Below the pieces are notes generated by a model. The model did not search any database and was not told where the DNA came from. It saw only the letters and a program-made list of their open reading frames with translations. Shown here in pieces: positions 12,501-25,700 of a DNA stretch of 64,000 nt. Location: the NCBI GenBank assembly GCA_950097015.1, contig CATNEN010000007.1, forward strand, positions 12,090,001 to 12,154,000, in the 5' to 3' direction. How positions within the stretch are numbered: the first letter of the stretch is position 1; each line of letters starts with the position of its first letter. The position numbers and the translations under genes were made by a program. The DNA is from Macrostomum hystrix (lineage: Eukaryota; Animalia; Platyhelminthes).

Positions 12501-15500
12501 GGTGCGGAGGACAGCAGCTACGCTAGTATCACTGTCGTATGAGACCCATAATAACAATAATAATAGCCGGAGGCTGCGGGCAATGGCACATCAATTGGTG
12601 ACACTAGACCAGCAGCCCGAGAGGAGGCCATTCTGCCCTTTTCTCTGACTCCTGATTGCCGATCCTGACTACCGATTATGATCTTCTGTGCTTGAGTCAT
12701 GTGAAATCAAATCACAAAAAAATTTGGGCTAATAGGACTATTTGAATAATTGATCCTCACGGGCAGGAAGCTTCCCTCGGCGGTGCCGTTTAGCCGGATG
12801 GCCCGCCTCAGCCAGCGCTGGGTGCGGAAGCTCTGCAGCTGCTGGTCGGTCAGGTTCAGCACGCTGAAGCCGGAGATGTTGACGCCGCCAAACTCGAACG
12901 GGCTGAGGCTCACTTCGTTGATGTCCTGCAGGTGTGGGTGGAGGAGCGGGATTGGCCAGGTAAAGCAGGTGTGGGTGGAGGAGCGGGATTGGCCAGGTAA
13001 AGCAGGTGTGGGTGGAGGAGCGGGATTGGCCAGGTAAAGCAGGTGTGGGTGGAGGAGCGGGATTGGCCAGGTAAAGCAGGTGAGGGTGGCGGAGCGGGAT
13101 TGGCCAGGTAAAGCAGGTGAGGGTGGCGGAGCGGGATTGGCCAGGTAAAGCAGGTGTGGGTGGAGGAGCGGGATTGGCCAGGTAAAGCAGGTGAGGGTGG
13201 AGGAGCGGGATTGGCCAGGTAAAGCAGGTGAGGGTGGCGGAGCGGGATTGGCCAGGTAAAGCAGGTGAGGGTGGCGGAGCGGGATTGGCCAGGTAAAGCA
13301 GGTGTGGGTGGAGGAGCGGGATTGGCCAGGTAAAGCAGGTGTGGGTGGAGGAGCGGGATTGGCCAGGTAAAGCAGGTGTGGGTGGAGGAGCGGGATTGGC
13401 CAGGTAAAGCAGGTGAGGGTGGCGGAGCGGGATTGGCCAGGTAAAGCAGGTGAGGGTGGAGGAGCGGGATTGGCCAGGTAAAGCAGGTGTGGGTGGAGGA
13501 GCGGGATTGGCCAGGTAAAGCAGGTGAGGGTGGCGGAGCGGGATTGGCCAGGTAAAGCAGGTGAGGGTGGCGGAGCTGGATTGGCCAGGTAAAGCAGGTG
13601 AGGGTGGCGGAGCGGGATTGGCCAGGTAAAGCAGGTGAGGGTGGATGAGCGGGATTAGCCGGGTAAAGCAGGTGTGAGGGTGGCAAAGCAGGTGAGGTTG
13701 GCGGAGCGGGATTGGCTGGGTGAAGTCTTACTCTCTCATTAGATTTGCCTGTCCAGCATTAGAGCAGCATTTGCCTGTCCCTAATGCCATATAGTTTAGG
13801 AAGGCCATTAAAAAGCTGCATTCGATTCAGCCTTCACACCGAAGAAAAACGAGTCACTTCAGCCTTCCTGGTTGGAGGCTTCTCACTGGACTTCTCACTT
13901 CTCAAATGAATAAAACATTTGAGCATTCTGCGACCAGCACCTGCTACGCGGAGGCCGCCCCGGCCGTGAGGCGAAGGCCAATTAAATTAAAACTGTCCAC
14001 GCGGTGGCAGAAGGGGAAAAATGGGACGCCGGAGTGAAAATCCCATTTATCCCACCGAGCGGGAGTCAATCTGATTAGTGCCGGGATCTCAGAAAGTTGG
14101 TGGAAAGTGGCCTATCTCTTGGGAATTGGGAAATTAATTTCTTTGAGTCGACTCATCCAGCTGACTGGCAGCGAAGGAGGTTTGAAATGAGCCATAGGCA
14201 GAGCATGAAAGCTGGAAGCCTGAAGAAATTAGATTGGTCATTGCTAGAGGTCATGGAGAGATGAGGTTGGTCATTGATAGAGGTCATGGAGAGATGAGAG
14301 TGGTCATTGATAGAGGTCATGGAGAGATGAGGTTGGTCATTGATAGAGGTCATGGAGAGATGAGAGTGGTCATGCAAACATAATGGTCATGGAGAGATGA
14401 GAGAGGTCATGCAAACATAATGGTCATGGAGAGATGAGAGAGGTCGTGCAGACATAATGGTCATGGAGAGATGAGGGAGTCGCCAGTTGCTCACCAGGCC
14501 GTGCAGCAGGTACATGTAGTTCGAGCCCTCCATTCGGTGCCTGCTGATCTGCAATAGGTAACCAGGTAACATGAATTGGAGGCTGAATGTTGGAATCAGT
14601 GAGTCTTCGACAAGGCATCGAATGGTCGACGAACCTCTCGCAGGCAGGCGGTGAGCATCGGCTGTCGGAGGTCTAGGATGATTCGGCTGATGGTCTCGGT
14701 GCTAGTCCGGTCGCGGATGCGTTTCAGCGCGTCCTCCAAGCCGTTGACAGTAGAGTGGACGTCGTGGATGTCGACACTCAGGCCGAAGGCGGTTTCGCCG
14801 AATGCTTCGAACAGCTCGCGGAGCCGAAGCTCAGCTGGGTGGCGGATCGGGTGGGTTGACCCAGGTGCTGTTAGTGACTCTGCTAATACTTTATTTCAGG
14901 ATCCTGATTTCCGATCCAAGGATATCGATTCCGAATCTGAAGATCCCGATTCCGAATCTGAGGATCCCGATTCCGAGTCTGAGGATCCCGATTCCGAGTC
15001 TGAGGATCCCGATTCCGAATCTGAGGATCCTGATTCCGAGTCTGAGGATCCCGATTCCGAATCTGAGGATCCTGATTCCGAGTCTGAGGATCCCGATTCC
15101 GAATTCCAAGAGTCCTGATTCAGATCCAAAGATGCCGATTTATTTCCACCATTCATTGAAACCAGAACCGTGGCACATACCGTCCCGACTGTCGTGTAGG
15201 TAGTGCACGTGGTGCCAGTCGGCGCGTCTCACCAACTCCGTCAGCGCCGGCGTCACAGGCGGTCGGACACGGAAGACGAATCGGCCGAATGCGGCGGCAG
15301 CAGCAGCGGCCCGCTGTGATGAAGCGGCCTGGTCGCGAAGGCGATGCCGGTGGACCACCCGGTCGGGGCGGAGCTGGTGCGCGGGACCCACCGTGAGGTA
15401 GAGCAGCTCCTGACGGTCCGTCATCGACTGCACCATCGGCATCGAGGCGGCCCGGTCGGGACCCAGGATCGCCACGGCACCGCGGGCTGACAGGCTGCAG

Positions 15501-17986
15501 ACTGAAAAAAACGGATGTTATCAGAGAGATGGGATCGGTGAGATGGGATCGGTGAGATGGGATCGGTGAGATGGGATCGGTGAGATGGGATCGGTGAGAT
15601 GGGATCGGTGAGATGGGATCGGAGAGATGGGATTACTAAACCATTCATTGGCGTGATATGACATTGAGTTCAATGTAGTAGCTAATAAAGCAGGCAGGGC
15701 TGACTTAAAACGGGATCTTGTTCGCAGTTATCCCCAGAGTCCCACTGAAGTAGATGCTTCCGAAGATACGCGTGCAACCTCTGAGCTGCCGGGTCGATAC
15801 AATATTAATGTTGATTCTGCTGGTTCCTTGCAGGAACAAGAATTTAGTAAGGAGTCAGTTTTATAGCTTGAGAAATGCAGAAAAACTGCCATCATTGAGC
15901 AAGGAGCTGCGAGTCAATTTCAGGTCCGCTGGGGTCTAAGGACATCATGAAATGTAAGATCTCACGAGCTCCCACGAGGCTTCGGACTCGGAGATAATGC
16001 TCACGAGGGCGGGGAGGAGGGCGGCAGGGAGAGGCAGGAGGGCAGGGCGTTTGAGGGGCTCACTTGCGCGGCTCATGTCCAGCGGGTCGTCGGCACTGGC
16101 TACGAACTCTACGAGGCGTCGGTAGCGAAAGCGGCGTCGCAGCTGGCTGGCCGCGTCCGGCTGTTCGGCCCGGTGCCGCTGCCAGTCGCCGCCCAGCTGC
16201 TCCAGCTCGTCCAGCACCAGGCCGAAGGCGGCGAACTCGGCGGAGCTGCCGGACGCTTCGAAAATTCCGCCTGACAATAACGCAATAGCGAGCGGTTCAA
16301 AACATTGTTTTCGGATGTACATCCTCACTGCTCAGTTTTTTTATCGAATGTACATCCTCACTCCTCAGTTTATTTGTCGGATGTTCATCCTCACAACTCA
16401 GTTTATTTGTCGAATGTACATCCTCACTCCTCAGTTTTTTTGTCGAATGTTCATCCTCACAACTCAGTTTATTTGTCGAATGTACATCCTCACTCCTCAG
16501 TTTTTTTGTCGAATGTTCATCCTCACTCCTCAGTTTATTTGTCGAATGTACATCCTCACTCCTCAGTTTATTTGTCGAATGTACATCCTCACTCCTCAGT
16601 TTATTTGTCGAATGTACATCCTCACTCCTCAGTTTATTTGTCGAATGTACATCCTCACTCCTCAGTTTATTTGTCGAATGTACATCCTCACTCCTCAGTT
16701 TATTTGTCGGATGTACATCCTCACTCCTCAGTTTATTTGTCGAATGTACATCCTCACTCCTCAGTTTATTTGTCGGATGTACATCCTCACTCCTCAGTTT
16801 ATTTGTCGAATGTACATCCTCACTCCTCAGTTTATTTGTCGAATGTACATCCTCACTCCTCAGTTTATTTGTCGGATGTACATCCTCACTCCTCAGTTTA
16901 TTTGTCGAATGTACATCCTCACTCCTCAGTTTATTTGTCGAATGTACATCCTCACTCCTCAGTTTATTTGTCGGATGTACATCCTCACTCCTCAGTTTAT
17001 TTGTCGAATGTACATGCTCATTCCTCAGTTTATTTATCGGATGTACATCCTCAGTTTGCTTTAAATTGCCAAGTGTACATTTTTTGTTACATAATTAACC
17101 GTTTTTGACGTACTTAGCAACTGAAAGTCATCAAAGTAGTTTTGGGCTGTCAATTTTCGATGCAGGTATTAAATCTACAAGCGTACATCAGCCATGGAAC
17201 GATGCACTTTAATAATCAGCAGTGCATTATGAAGACAGCCCAGGTAGAGAATCCTCTTCCTGGCCAGAGAATGGCAAGTTGGTTTCAGGGCCTCTTAATC
17301 CTGGCCTGGGGATTATCCATGTGGGGCTAATGGCATGAGCATGGCATGAGCTGGACCAGATACGAAAGCGGTTTACGAACAGTGAAATTAATTCCAGCAC
17401 CGCATGCCAAAACTGCTGTACTGAAATTTCCAAAAACATTTTCGCTTGTTCTTCAACTCCGCAACCGCAATCTACTTGAGTAGTCCGTGGTCGCCCATTG
17501 TAGAATAGACTTGTAGAAATGCATAACAATACGAAAAAAATTATTATTCTAATTACTAATAATGATTGTTATTATTTAATACACCTGCCCCAATTGGGCC
17601 AGATGTGCAGCGGACTGCACAGCGCAGCTATTGGACGGCGCATCCGAAGACTGCTCAGTCCATGGACAGGGGGGACGCCACACCCACCCTTAATTAACAA
17701 AACAAAAGTTGGTACCCATTTAACAGCTGGGTGAACTGAAACTTGCAGTGTCTTGCTGAGGGACACAAATTGTTCCAGTGGAGTGGGGAATCGAACCACC
17801 GACCTTCAAGTCGTGAGGAACCCCCTCTATTACCCACTCGATTCTATTTTATTTCATTCTACGTTAGACAGAAAGAGTTTTCTTATGCCCAAAATGCTCA
17901 CCGATGAAGAGTGTGTCAGAATCTTCGCTTCCGCTAGCCAGCGTTGCCATAGCAACCAGCAGCAGAGCCACCAAGCGCGGCGCCAT
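9552..17986 (-). CDS. Ionotropic glutamate receptor subunit, AMPA/kainate (non-NMDA) type, ~941 aa, 12 coding exons
   Basis: Exons 17986-17902, 16270-16064, 15501-15181, 14834-14635, 14548-14495, 12925-12761, 12411-12139, 12019-11690, 11594-11046, 10628-10260, 10120-9980, 9683-9552. All introns are GT-AG and phase-compatible (2826 nt). Motifs: signal peptide [18 protein letters not shown]1 ([18 protein letters not shown]), pore loop [16 protein letters not shown]2 ([11 protein letters not shown]), M4, and C-terminal -TRL. Confidence 0.93.
9815..9966. repeat. ~43-bp tandem repeat, ~3.5 copies (iGluR last intron)
   Basis: CAAGCCAGCTGATTGGCGGGCTAAAATGCCAGCTTGGCCAGTT recurring. Confidence 0.85.
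10690..11020. repeat. 11-bp minisatellite, ~30 perfect copies (iGluR intron)
   Basis: (ACGATAAATCT)n. Confidence 0.97.
12928..13722. repeat. 37-bp minisatellite, ~21 copies (iGluR intron, abuts acceptor)
   Basis: (GCAGGTGWGGGTGGMGGAGCGGGATTGGCCAGGTAAA)n. Confidence 0.95.
14235..14476. repeat. Degenerate ~33-38-bp tandem repeat (iGluR intron)
   Basis: GGTCATGGAGAGATGAG core recurring. Confidence 0.85.
14897..15105. repeat. 21-bp minisatellite (iGluR intron)
   Basis: (GATTCCGARTCTGAGGATCCY)n. Confidence 0.93.
15525..15633. repeat. 14-bp minisatellite (iGluR intron)
   Basis: (GAGATGGGATCGGT)n. Confidence 0.93.
16310..17057. repeat. 33-bp minisatellite, ~22 copies (iGluR intron 1)
   Basis: (TCAGTTTATTTGTCGAATGTACATCCTCACTCC)n. 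Confidence 0.96.
17545..17842 (-). mobile_element. tRNA-derived SINE with CORE-like central domain
   Basis: Minus strand: B-box GGTTCGATTCC (17797-17787), then TGTGTCCCTCAGCAAGACACT...TTCACCCAGCTGTTAAATGGGTACC, which resembles the CORE-SINE domain, then an AT-rich (TAA)n-like tail. Ends approximate. Confidence 0.7.
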
Positions 17987-18293
17987 GTTTCGGCCTTGCT
18001 GAATTGTGTGCAGGGCAGACTCGCTGCTTTTAAGCAGAGAGCGCGAGCTGGCACAGCAATGGCCGCCGCCCCGCCGCCCAATGCGCCGTGAGCAGGCGAG
18101 CGGCCAGGATGTTGGAGTTTTATATGACCAACTTCCTTCTGAGCCATATCCCCGAGACACCCCCGGAAGCTAAACAGAAAGGTTGTGAAGTTATGCTTAA
18201 AACGGTTCAAGCTTTCAGCAAAATGTGACAAACTTTCCTGACTTTTATCAATAACACGAGTCTTCCAGTGGTCCATCCCGAAATTCCAAACAA

Positions 18294-18942
18294 CTCAGTT
18301 CCCATCCCTCAGTTCCCATTCCTCAGTTCCCATCCCTCAGCTCCCATTCCTCAGGTTCCATCCCTCAGTTCCCATCCCTCAAATCCCATTCCTTAGTTCC
18401 CATCCCTCAGCACCCATTCCTCAGGTTCCATCCCTCAGTTCCCATCCCTCAAATCCCATTCCTCAATTCCCATCCCTCAGTTCCCATTCCTCAGTTCCCA
18501 ATTCCTCAGTTCCCATCCCTCAATTCCCATTCCTCAGGTTCCATCCCTCAGTTCCCATCCCCGAGCTCCCATTCCTCAGGTTCCATCCCTCAGTTCCCAT
18601 TCCTCAGTTCCCATTCCTCAGTTCCCAATCCCTCAATTCCCATTCCTCAGTTCCCATCCCTCAGCACCCATTCCTCAGGTTCCATCCCTCTGTTCCCATC
18701 CTTCAAATCCCATTCCTCAGTTCCCATCCCTCAGTTCCCATTCCTCAGTTCCCCATCCCTCAATTCCCATTCCTCAGTTCCCAATCCCTCAGTTCCCAAT
18801 TCCTCAGTTCCCATCCCTCAATTCCCATTCCTCAGTTCCCATCCCTCAGTTCCCATCCCTCAGTTCCCATCCCTCAGTTCCCATTCCTCAGTTCCCATCC
18901 CTCAGCACCCATTCCTCAGTTCCCAATCCCTCAGTTCCCAAT
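18294..18942. repeat. 14-15-bp degenerate minisatellite between NAGS and iGluR
   Basis: (CTCAGTTCCCATYC)n. Confidence 0.95.
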
Positions 18943-19487
18943 CCTTCGAAACTTAGAAGTTGCTAAAAATGCATTTCTATTGCAATCGCTTCCCCGAGAG
19001 GCAGGCAGACAAAGCTCGTGACAGTTGCTTGGCAGGCTGAGGTTGCTGCCAGGTGTAAGCCTGTATATTTTATACAGAAATAAGAACAAGGAAGCACAAG
19101 TCACCAAGGAAAAGCCCAAAGCCCTTAAAGCCTATAAAATCCTCAACAATGGGAGATCTGTTGAGCGGCAACTGTACACCGGCTGAGAATCAGCAAGTAA
19201 GTTGGTAAAATAGGCGGATGATAAGTGGGAGATGGCATTTATCTAGCAGTTAAACACGGGTAGATTTGACACCTGACAAGAAGCACGCCAGACTAACGCA
19301 AGCCAGCATTCAGACGCGGAAATGCCATCGAAACAGGCCTTCAAGCAATGGCTGAACAAAATTCACCACTTTACCAGCGAAACCTAAACCAGCGCCAATG
19401 ATTCGGAGAGACTGAGAGTATGTGCTGGTGGCATGAGTGAGTGGGTCAGGGGGTCAGAAATCTGTCTGTGTGACGTCAGCATGGAAT

Positions 19488-20873
19488 TCACGGCGGCTCG
19501 GCCCCGGCGCCCTCGGGCGAATCCTCGAAATCGCGCTCCTTGCCGGCCGCGTAGTCGATGAGCTCAGCGAGCTGGCGGCTGTTCTGCAGGCCGTACCAGA
19601 AGATGGTCCAGTTCTGGTCTGCCTTCCAGCTGCCCTGGGACACGGTGTTGTACCACGCGATCGCCGCCCGGTTTGTCACTTTGGTGCGCCAGAAGAGCTG
19701 CGGGTAGTCCTTGACGATCTGGTTCCACAGCATCACGGAGATGCCCGTGCCCTGGGCGATCTCACTCACCGCGATCTTGTCCAGGTAGGGGACACTCACA
19801 TTTGGCAGGCGGAGGATCACCGCCGCCGCGTTATAGTTCTCGCTGACGTACACGGACTCCACCTGGCCTTCGACTCGCTCGAAGTAGTTGCTGCGCAGCT
19901 TCTTCTTGAAGGACTCGTTGATGAGGGCCACCATGTTTGGCTTCTTCACGCTGTCAAGGTTTTTGTAGCGGAAAATCTTCTCGATCTGCCGGATCATGGT
20001 GCCAGTTCCGTGGTGGGTGAACAGCTCCTCGATCACGGTGTCCGCGCTGGTGAGGATCACGGAGCTCTCGCATGACAGGTGCTTAATGAGCTCGGTTGAG
20101 CGCACCACCTTTGCTTGTTCCTCGCTGCTGAGATGGCTGGTTGAGCTGACCAGTTCGTCAAAGTCTGTTGGCAGGTAGACGTCACTGATCACCTTGCCGT
20201 TGATGTCTCTGAGGCCGGCCTTCTGGCTCAGCAGCATCACCTTCAGCGGCCTGAGCGAGGAGCACAGCTGCACCATCGTGTTCTGCGCGCTGTTGTCGTT
20301 TGGGCCGAGCATCGGGCAGCAGACGATGGGCAGGGTTGAGTGGCTGCTGGCCAGCAGCTCAGCTGGCGAGTGCTCGTTGCCGAGGATCAGCCGGGACTGC
20401 ACGCCGCGCTTGTACAACAGCGACTGCAGGAGCTGCACGTTCTGGAAGTCGCGGTCGTTGCCCAGCTGGCAGACGAGCACGGAGGTGAGGTTGTTCTCGA
20501 ATAGGAAGGTGGTGGACCAGGTCAGCTTCCGTACACTGCTGGCATCGCTTAAGACTTCAGGTGAGACCTGCATCACCGCGAACGCCCTTCGCGGCGACTT
20601 CGCCGAGAAAATCTTAAAATACTTGAACCACAGCCGGGCCTCCTTCGGCTTTCTGGTGATGTTCTCGACGAACTTTCGCAGCCCCATGGCCCGGGTGATC
20701 TCCTCCTGCGGCCTGGGGCTCTCAACTGGCACCGCCGGATCCAGCCGCACCTGGCGGAACTGGTGCGACACGGACGGGTTGCCGCCGTGCAGGAAGCTGG
20801 ACGCGGACACGGTGCGCTGCACCAACATCGGCAGCCGACTGTACAGTCGGAGCGAACATGATGGGCAGGTCAT
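19488..20873 (-). CDS. NAGS: N-acetylglutamate synthase, vertebrate/mitochondrial type (AAK-like + NAT/DUF619 domains), intronless, 461 aa
   Basis: Arginine-binding motif ELFTHHGTGT; NAT-domain motifs PYLDKIAVS..AQGTG, LWNQIVKDYPQLFWR and WTIFWYG; Arg/Ser-rich N-terminus compatible with a mitochondrial presequence. Confidence 0.88.
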   Translation of the reverse strand: MTCPSCSLRLYSRLPMLVQRTVSASSFLHGGNPSVSHQFRQVRLDPAVPVESPRPQEEITRAMGLRKFVENITRKPKEARLWFKYFKIFSAKSPRRAFAVMQVSPEVLSDASSVRKLTWSTTFLFENNLTSVLVCQLGNDRDFQNVQLLQSLLYKRGVQSRLILGNEHSPAELLASSHSTLPIVCCPMLGPNDNSAQNTMVQLCSSLRPLKVMLLSQKAGLRDINGKVISDVYLPTDFDELVSSTSHLSSEEQAKVVRSTELIKHLSCESSVILTSADTVIEELFTHHGTGTMIRQIEKIFRYKNLDSVKKPNMVALINESFKKKLRSNYFERVEGQVESVYVSENYNAAAVILRLPNVSVPYLDKIAVSEIAQGTGISVMLWNQIVKDYPQLFWRTKVTNRAAIAWYNTVSQGSWKADQNWTIFWYGLQNSRQLAELIDYAAGKERDFEDSPEGAGAEPP

Positions 20874-22751
20874 TATTGCTCTCCTGGGACCGAAAATCTG
20901 CTACTTGCTGCTCCGCTAGATCTGCTTGGCTTGACTTATTACTGCGCGTGGGCCTGGGGGTCAGAGACTACAAAATTGGCTATTGAGTGCCCGACGGAGC
21001 CGCGCGCGCGCTTGCACGAGGCGGCCGCGTGATCGCTGACGTGCCAATTGGCCGGAAGGGGCGCAGATTAAAGCGAGGGACTCGGCGTTCTCCACTGGCC
21101 GGGGGTTGGGCTGGCTGTCGTGCGCCCTACTCCGGCCAGTTTATTGATCGGTCTCGGCCGTTCTGAGCACGCTCAGGGCATGCTCCACCTCCAGTTTGCT
21201 TGCCCGCCGAGCCCAACGTGCGCGCAGGCCCGCCACCCCAAAAAAGCATTCCCAATCCAAGCAGCACCGCATCGATCTGCCGCTAGCGGTGCTCAATAGT
21301 GCATTTTTCTTTTCAATGCGAAGATTTAGCGAAGATCCCCAGACACCAAATCCTCCCGGGTGCGATCGCGGGCTAACTTCTGCTCAGTGGGAGCAAAACA
21401 ATGTCCCGCGCGCAGCTGACTGGCCGCACAGGCAGGGCTGGGCACTTTGCTATTATTGTCTGAGAGAGCCGTTTCAGTTCCTTGATTAGCAAAGGCGGTA
21501 TCACTTAGGCTGCAATTATTACTGGATACCCTCCAAATCTGAAGGCTAACACTCAATTCAATCATAATTCTTTGTATTAGTCATTTAAATTCAAGTCACG
21601 TGACGTGTGCATGCGTGCAGTGACTTAAGTATGGTTATTCCCGCAGATCAATCATTTAATTCGACATATAAAGAACTGAAAATTAACTCTTAGTTAAGTG
21701 TATGCTTGTTATATAGTGAGCTGACAACGCAAGCATGGCTAGTTACTAAAGTATTTATTTAAGAATCCTGGCGAGGCTTGAAGTCTCTTGTTTTCATTCG
21801 CAAGCGAATTGCCAAACAGACTGGGAGTAAGAAAATCATGTAAAAATTGTAGGACACACTTTCATGAAAGGGCATAGACTCATAATCAAAAGTCAAGAGT
21901 CGCTTAGCAAGACAAAGCTCAAGAAACGTTGGAATTGAAATTGTACAGCTATAGTATAGGGGGAGTAAGGAGAACGGAGACTATATCTTCGCGCCGCCCC
22001 GAACCCAGCACAAGTTCGCTACAATGTCATGCAATAATTAAGTGAATTTCTATACACTCTACTGCACCCCATTGGCAGAATATATCCATTGAATAACGGA
22101 TTGCAAGCGGAAAAGGAAAAATATTTTAAACAGCTGAAATTGCTGAATACACTGAGCTCTGCTTTGCACACAAAATGTAGGGAAAGGAAATAAACACAAA
22201 CCTTCAGAATTGTGAACTTTTGTTCAGTGAGACATAACAGACAAAACCAGTACGTTACATACTCTGTCGATAAGAAGATTTCATTATCAATATTTGGACC
22301 GAATTAAGATAGTAGTGAGATAGTAGATAGCAGCGAAAAATGTTAATTGTTTTGTGATTTTAAGCCTTTGGATAGATCAAGCCACCAAGCTGCCATTTGT
22401 AAGCCCAATGAATTTTGAAACCTTAGCGAAAAGCACTGGAAAAAACACTGAAAATTGAATGAAATTTTATTGAATGAAAAAATGCAAAAAAAATTATTAT
22501 TCTAATATTTCTTACGCGAATAATACCATTTGTCATCTATCAAATGCAGAAGTATTTAAACAGATTTTTTTTGTTTTTCTTTTTCACGACTCTATCGCAC
22601 AGTTTAACTTAATATATTATTATTATTATTTCCGTTCTTGGATTATAAAGGACTCAAAGAGCAAAGCAAGGATATCGCACAGACGCAAGTACTGTGTAGA
22701 GTAATTTGTAAGTTTGCCTCTGTTGCAGGCAGTGCTTTTTTACACACTAAA

Positions 22752-25700
22752 ATGGCTGGCAAAGCAATAAAGCACCTGTCTGCTGGCGGAGCCGGTCAAA
22801 GCTTGAGTGACCGCATGACTTCTGCGAAGCATATTATAACGGGATCAGGTCTCGGTCGCGCTGTCTGCAAGGCAACAACAGAGGAAATTATAGCTCCAAA
22901 GAAGAAGCACTTAGGCTGTAAGTACAAAATAATTTTTCATTCTACTGTCACATTTAGTGATAAAATATGAGTCTGTGATTTCTTTTGTTTGCTTGGTCCT
23001 AGACCAGTCATACATTTTTCTGCTTTGAAATTAAACTTTCATGATGCTTCTTCCATCGCAATAATAGCTTAAGAAACAATTTTATCCACTAAGTGCTATT
23101 TATTTTAGGTGCCATTGTTTGGCCTTGAATAGGCAGCCTATTTTTGGCAATTTCATAGACCTAGATTTGTTAATATAATGCTTGTGTTTGTATTGTGCTG
23201 GTTCTCTCTATTTCATTTAAGTACTCCAACATAAAAGGCAGCTATATAGCTTTCTGAAATAAAATATATATTTATTACATAGTTTTTAAATAAATCACAG
23301 CTTGCAAAAGCATTTTTTTTACTTTGTCTTAATATGGAAAATGTATTAACTATCACTAGGCCTATATAGCTGATATCTAAATATTTAATTGAGATGACCA
23401 AATAGAAAATAGAACCATATTGATTCTTATAAGTTATATGTATGCCATTGAGTGTATTGTTGGATGAAACCTTTTGTGTATAAAATTATGAAATTCTTTT
23501 TTATGAGAATATCTCTAAGCCAATTCAAACATGTATTTTGAATACATGTATACATATCAAAACCTTTAAACAGTTTTACTATTTAGAACAATACAGAGAT
23601 ATTTTTAGCAAGTACTTTGTATTATTATTAAATAAAATCCGATTGCTTATTTTAGAGACATTTAATGGACACCTTCAGAGTGAGGAATTGGTAGTCAGTG
23701 GTACAGACTACTTTAATTCCGAGACCATTACATCATATAATGGGCCTCAAATGGATATAACGGGCCTCAAATAAGCAATCTGATTTCATATAAAATAATA
23801 GCCATTTAATAAGCTGTCTATGGTTAGAATGTCCTCGGCCACACTCAATGGTTCTCAGCTCACTTTGCTCACCTTGAGACCATTAAATGCAGAATCAGCC
23901 ATTCCAACCACAGAATGCTTATTAAATGGCTATTATCATATACATAATATAGTTAAATTCACAAGGGTTTCATTATATTAGTTTGGTCAAATTACCTAAT
24001 TTAAGTTCTCCTAAATGTTTTTTTAAACTAGAGTTATTAAACACCTGGGTGATTTAGTGAACCAGCTTGGTGATTGCATAAAGAAAAAAAATTTGATGCC
24101 TCACCAGATCTGATTGAGTGCACCAACCAGAGCAATGTGAGCATCCCAGAGCTGGCCAATGCCCTCCTGGAGCGCCTGTCCAGCTCCAACTGGGTGGTTG
24201 TGTTCAAAGCCCTGGTCAGCATTCACAGCGTGATGAATTATGGCAATGAGCGCTTCACACAGTACCTGGCCTCCAACAACTGCAACTTGTCACTGCGCAG
24301 CTTCTATGACAAATCCTCTGTCCAGGGCGCTGACATGTCGCGCTTTATTTGCCGCTACAGCGCCTACGTGCAGGAGAAAGCTTTCGCCTACCGCAGCCTG
24401 GCCTACGATCTGTGCAAGGTTCATTGTTCTTGGGCGTCTGTTGCCCTCTCCGCCCTCTCTGCCACTTTCCTGTGGGTTGCCGCTGTCTTCTCTGCCACTT
24501 TCCTGTGGGTTGCCGCTGTCTTCTCTGCCACTTTCCTGTGGGTTGCCGCTGTCTTCTCTGCCACTTTCCTGTGGGTTGCCGCTGTCTTCTCTGCCACTTT
24601 CCTGTGGGTTGCCGCTGTCTTCTCTGCCACTTTCCTGTGGGTTGCCGCTGTCTTCTCTGCCACTTTCCTGTGGGTTGCCGCTGTCTTCTCTGCCACTTTC
24701 CTGTGGGTTGCCGCTGTCTTCTCTGCCACATTCCTGTGGGTTGCCGCTGTCTTCTCTGCCACATTCCTGTGGGTTGCCGCTGTCTTCTCTGCCACATTCC
24801 TGTGGGTTGCCGCTGTCTTCTCTGCCACATTCCTGTGGGTTGCCGCTGTCTTCTCTGCCACATTCCTGTGGGTTGCCGCTGTCTTCTCTGCCACTTTCCT
24901 GTGGGTTGCCGCTGTCTTCTCTGCCACTTTCCTGTGGGTTGCCGCTGTCTTCTCTGCCACTTTCCTGTGGGTTGCCGCTGTCTTCTCTGCCACTTTCCTG
25001 TGGGTTGCCGCTGTCTTCTCTGCCACTTTCCTGTGGGTTGCCGCTGTCTTCTCTGCCACATTCCTGTGGGTTGCCGCTGTCTTCTCTGCCACATTCCTGT
25101 GGGTTGCCGCTGTCTTCTCTGCCACATTCCTGTGGGTTGCCGCTGTCTTCTCTGCCACATTCCTGTGGGTTGCCGCTGTCTTCTCTGCCACATTCCTGTG
25201 GGTTGCCGCTGTCTTCTCTGCTGCTTTTCTATCAGCCTTTTCTATTCCTCTCGAATGAGATTCCATTATCCGCTCCTCTTACAGAGGAATCTATAGTAAC
25301 CCTCACGCTTCTGCAGGTAAAGCGGGGCAGTGATGACGGCGTCCTGCGCACCCTGAGCGTGGAGAAGCTGCTCCGCGCCCTGCCGGTGCTCATCGCCCAG
25401 TTCGACGCCCTGCTGGGCTTCGACGCCACGCCGGGCGAGTTGAGCAACGCCATCATCAACGCCGCCTTTCTCATGCTGTACAAGGACGCCAGCCGGCTAT
25501 TCGTGGTGTTCAATGACGGCATCATCAACCTGCTGAGCAACTTCTTCGAGTCTATGAACCGCAAGCAGTGCCGGGAGGGCCTGGACTTGTACAAAAAGTT
25601 CCTGGTGCGCAGCGAGCGCCTGTCCGAGTTCAGCCGCGTCGCCGAGTCCGCCGGCGTCGACCGGGCCGACGTGGCCAACCTGGAGCGGCACCCGACCTCC

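Noticed and set aside
12910-17108. Repetitive ORFs 12910-13686, 14651-15203 and 16305-17108
   Set aside because: They are translations of minisatellites inside iGluR introns.
17770-17842. tRNA gene
   Set aside because: A B-box is present but no cloverleaf or acceptor stem; it continues into a CORE-like SINE body.
19488-20873. Bacterial horizontal transfer or contamination as the origin of NAGS
   Set aside because: It has vertebrate-type architecture with a presequence-like N-terminus, and its codon style matches neighbouring exons. Phylogeny would be needed to claim transfer.
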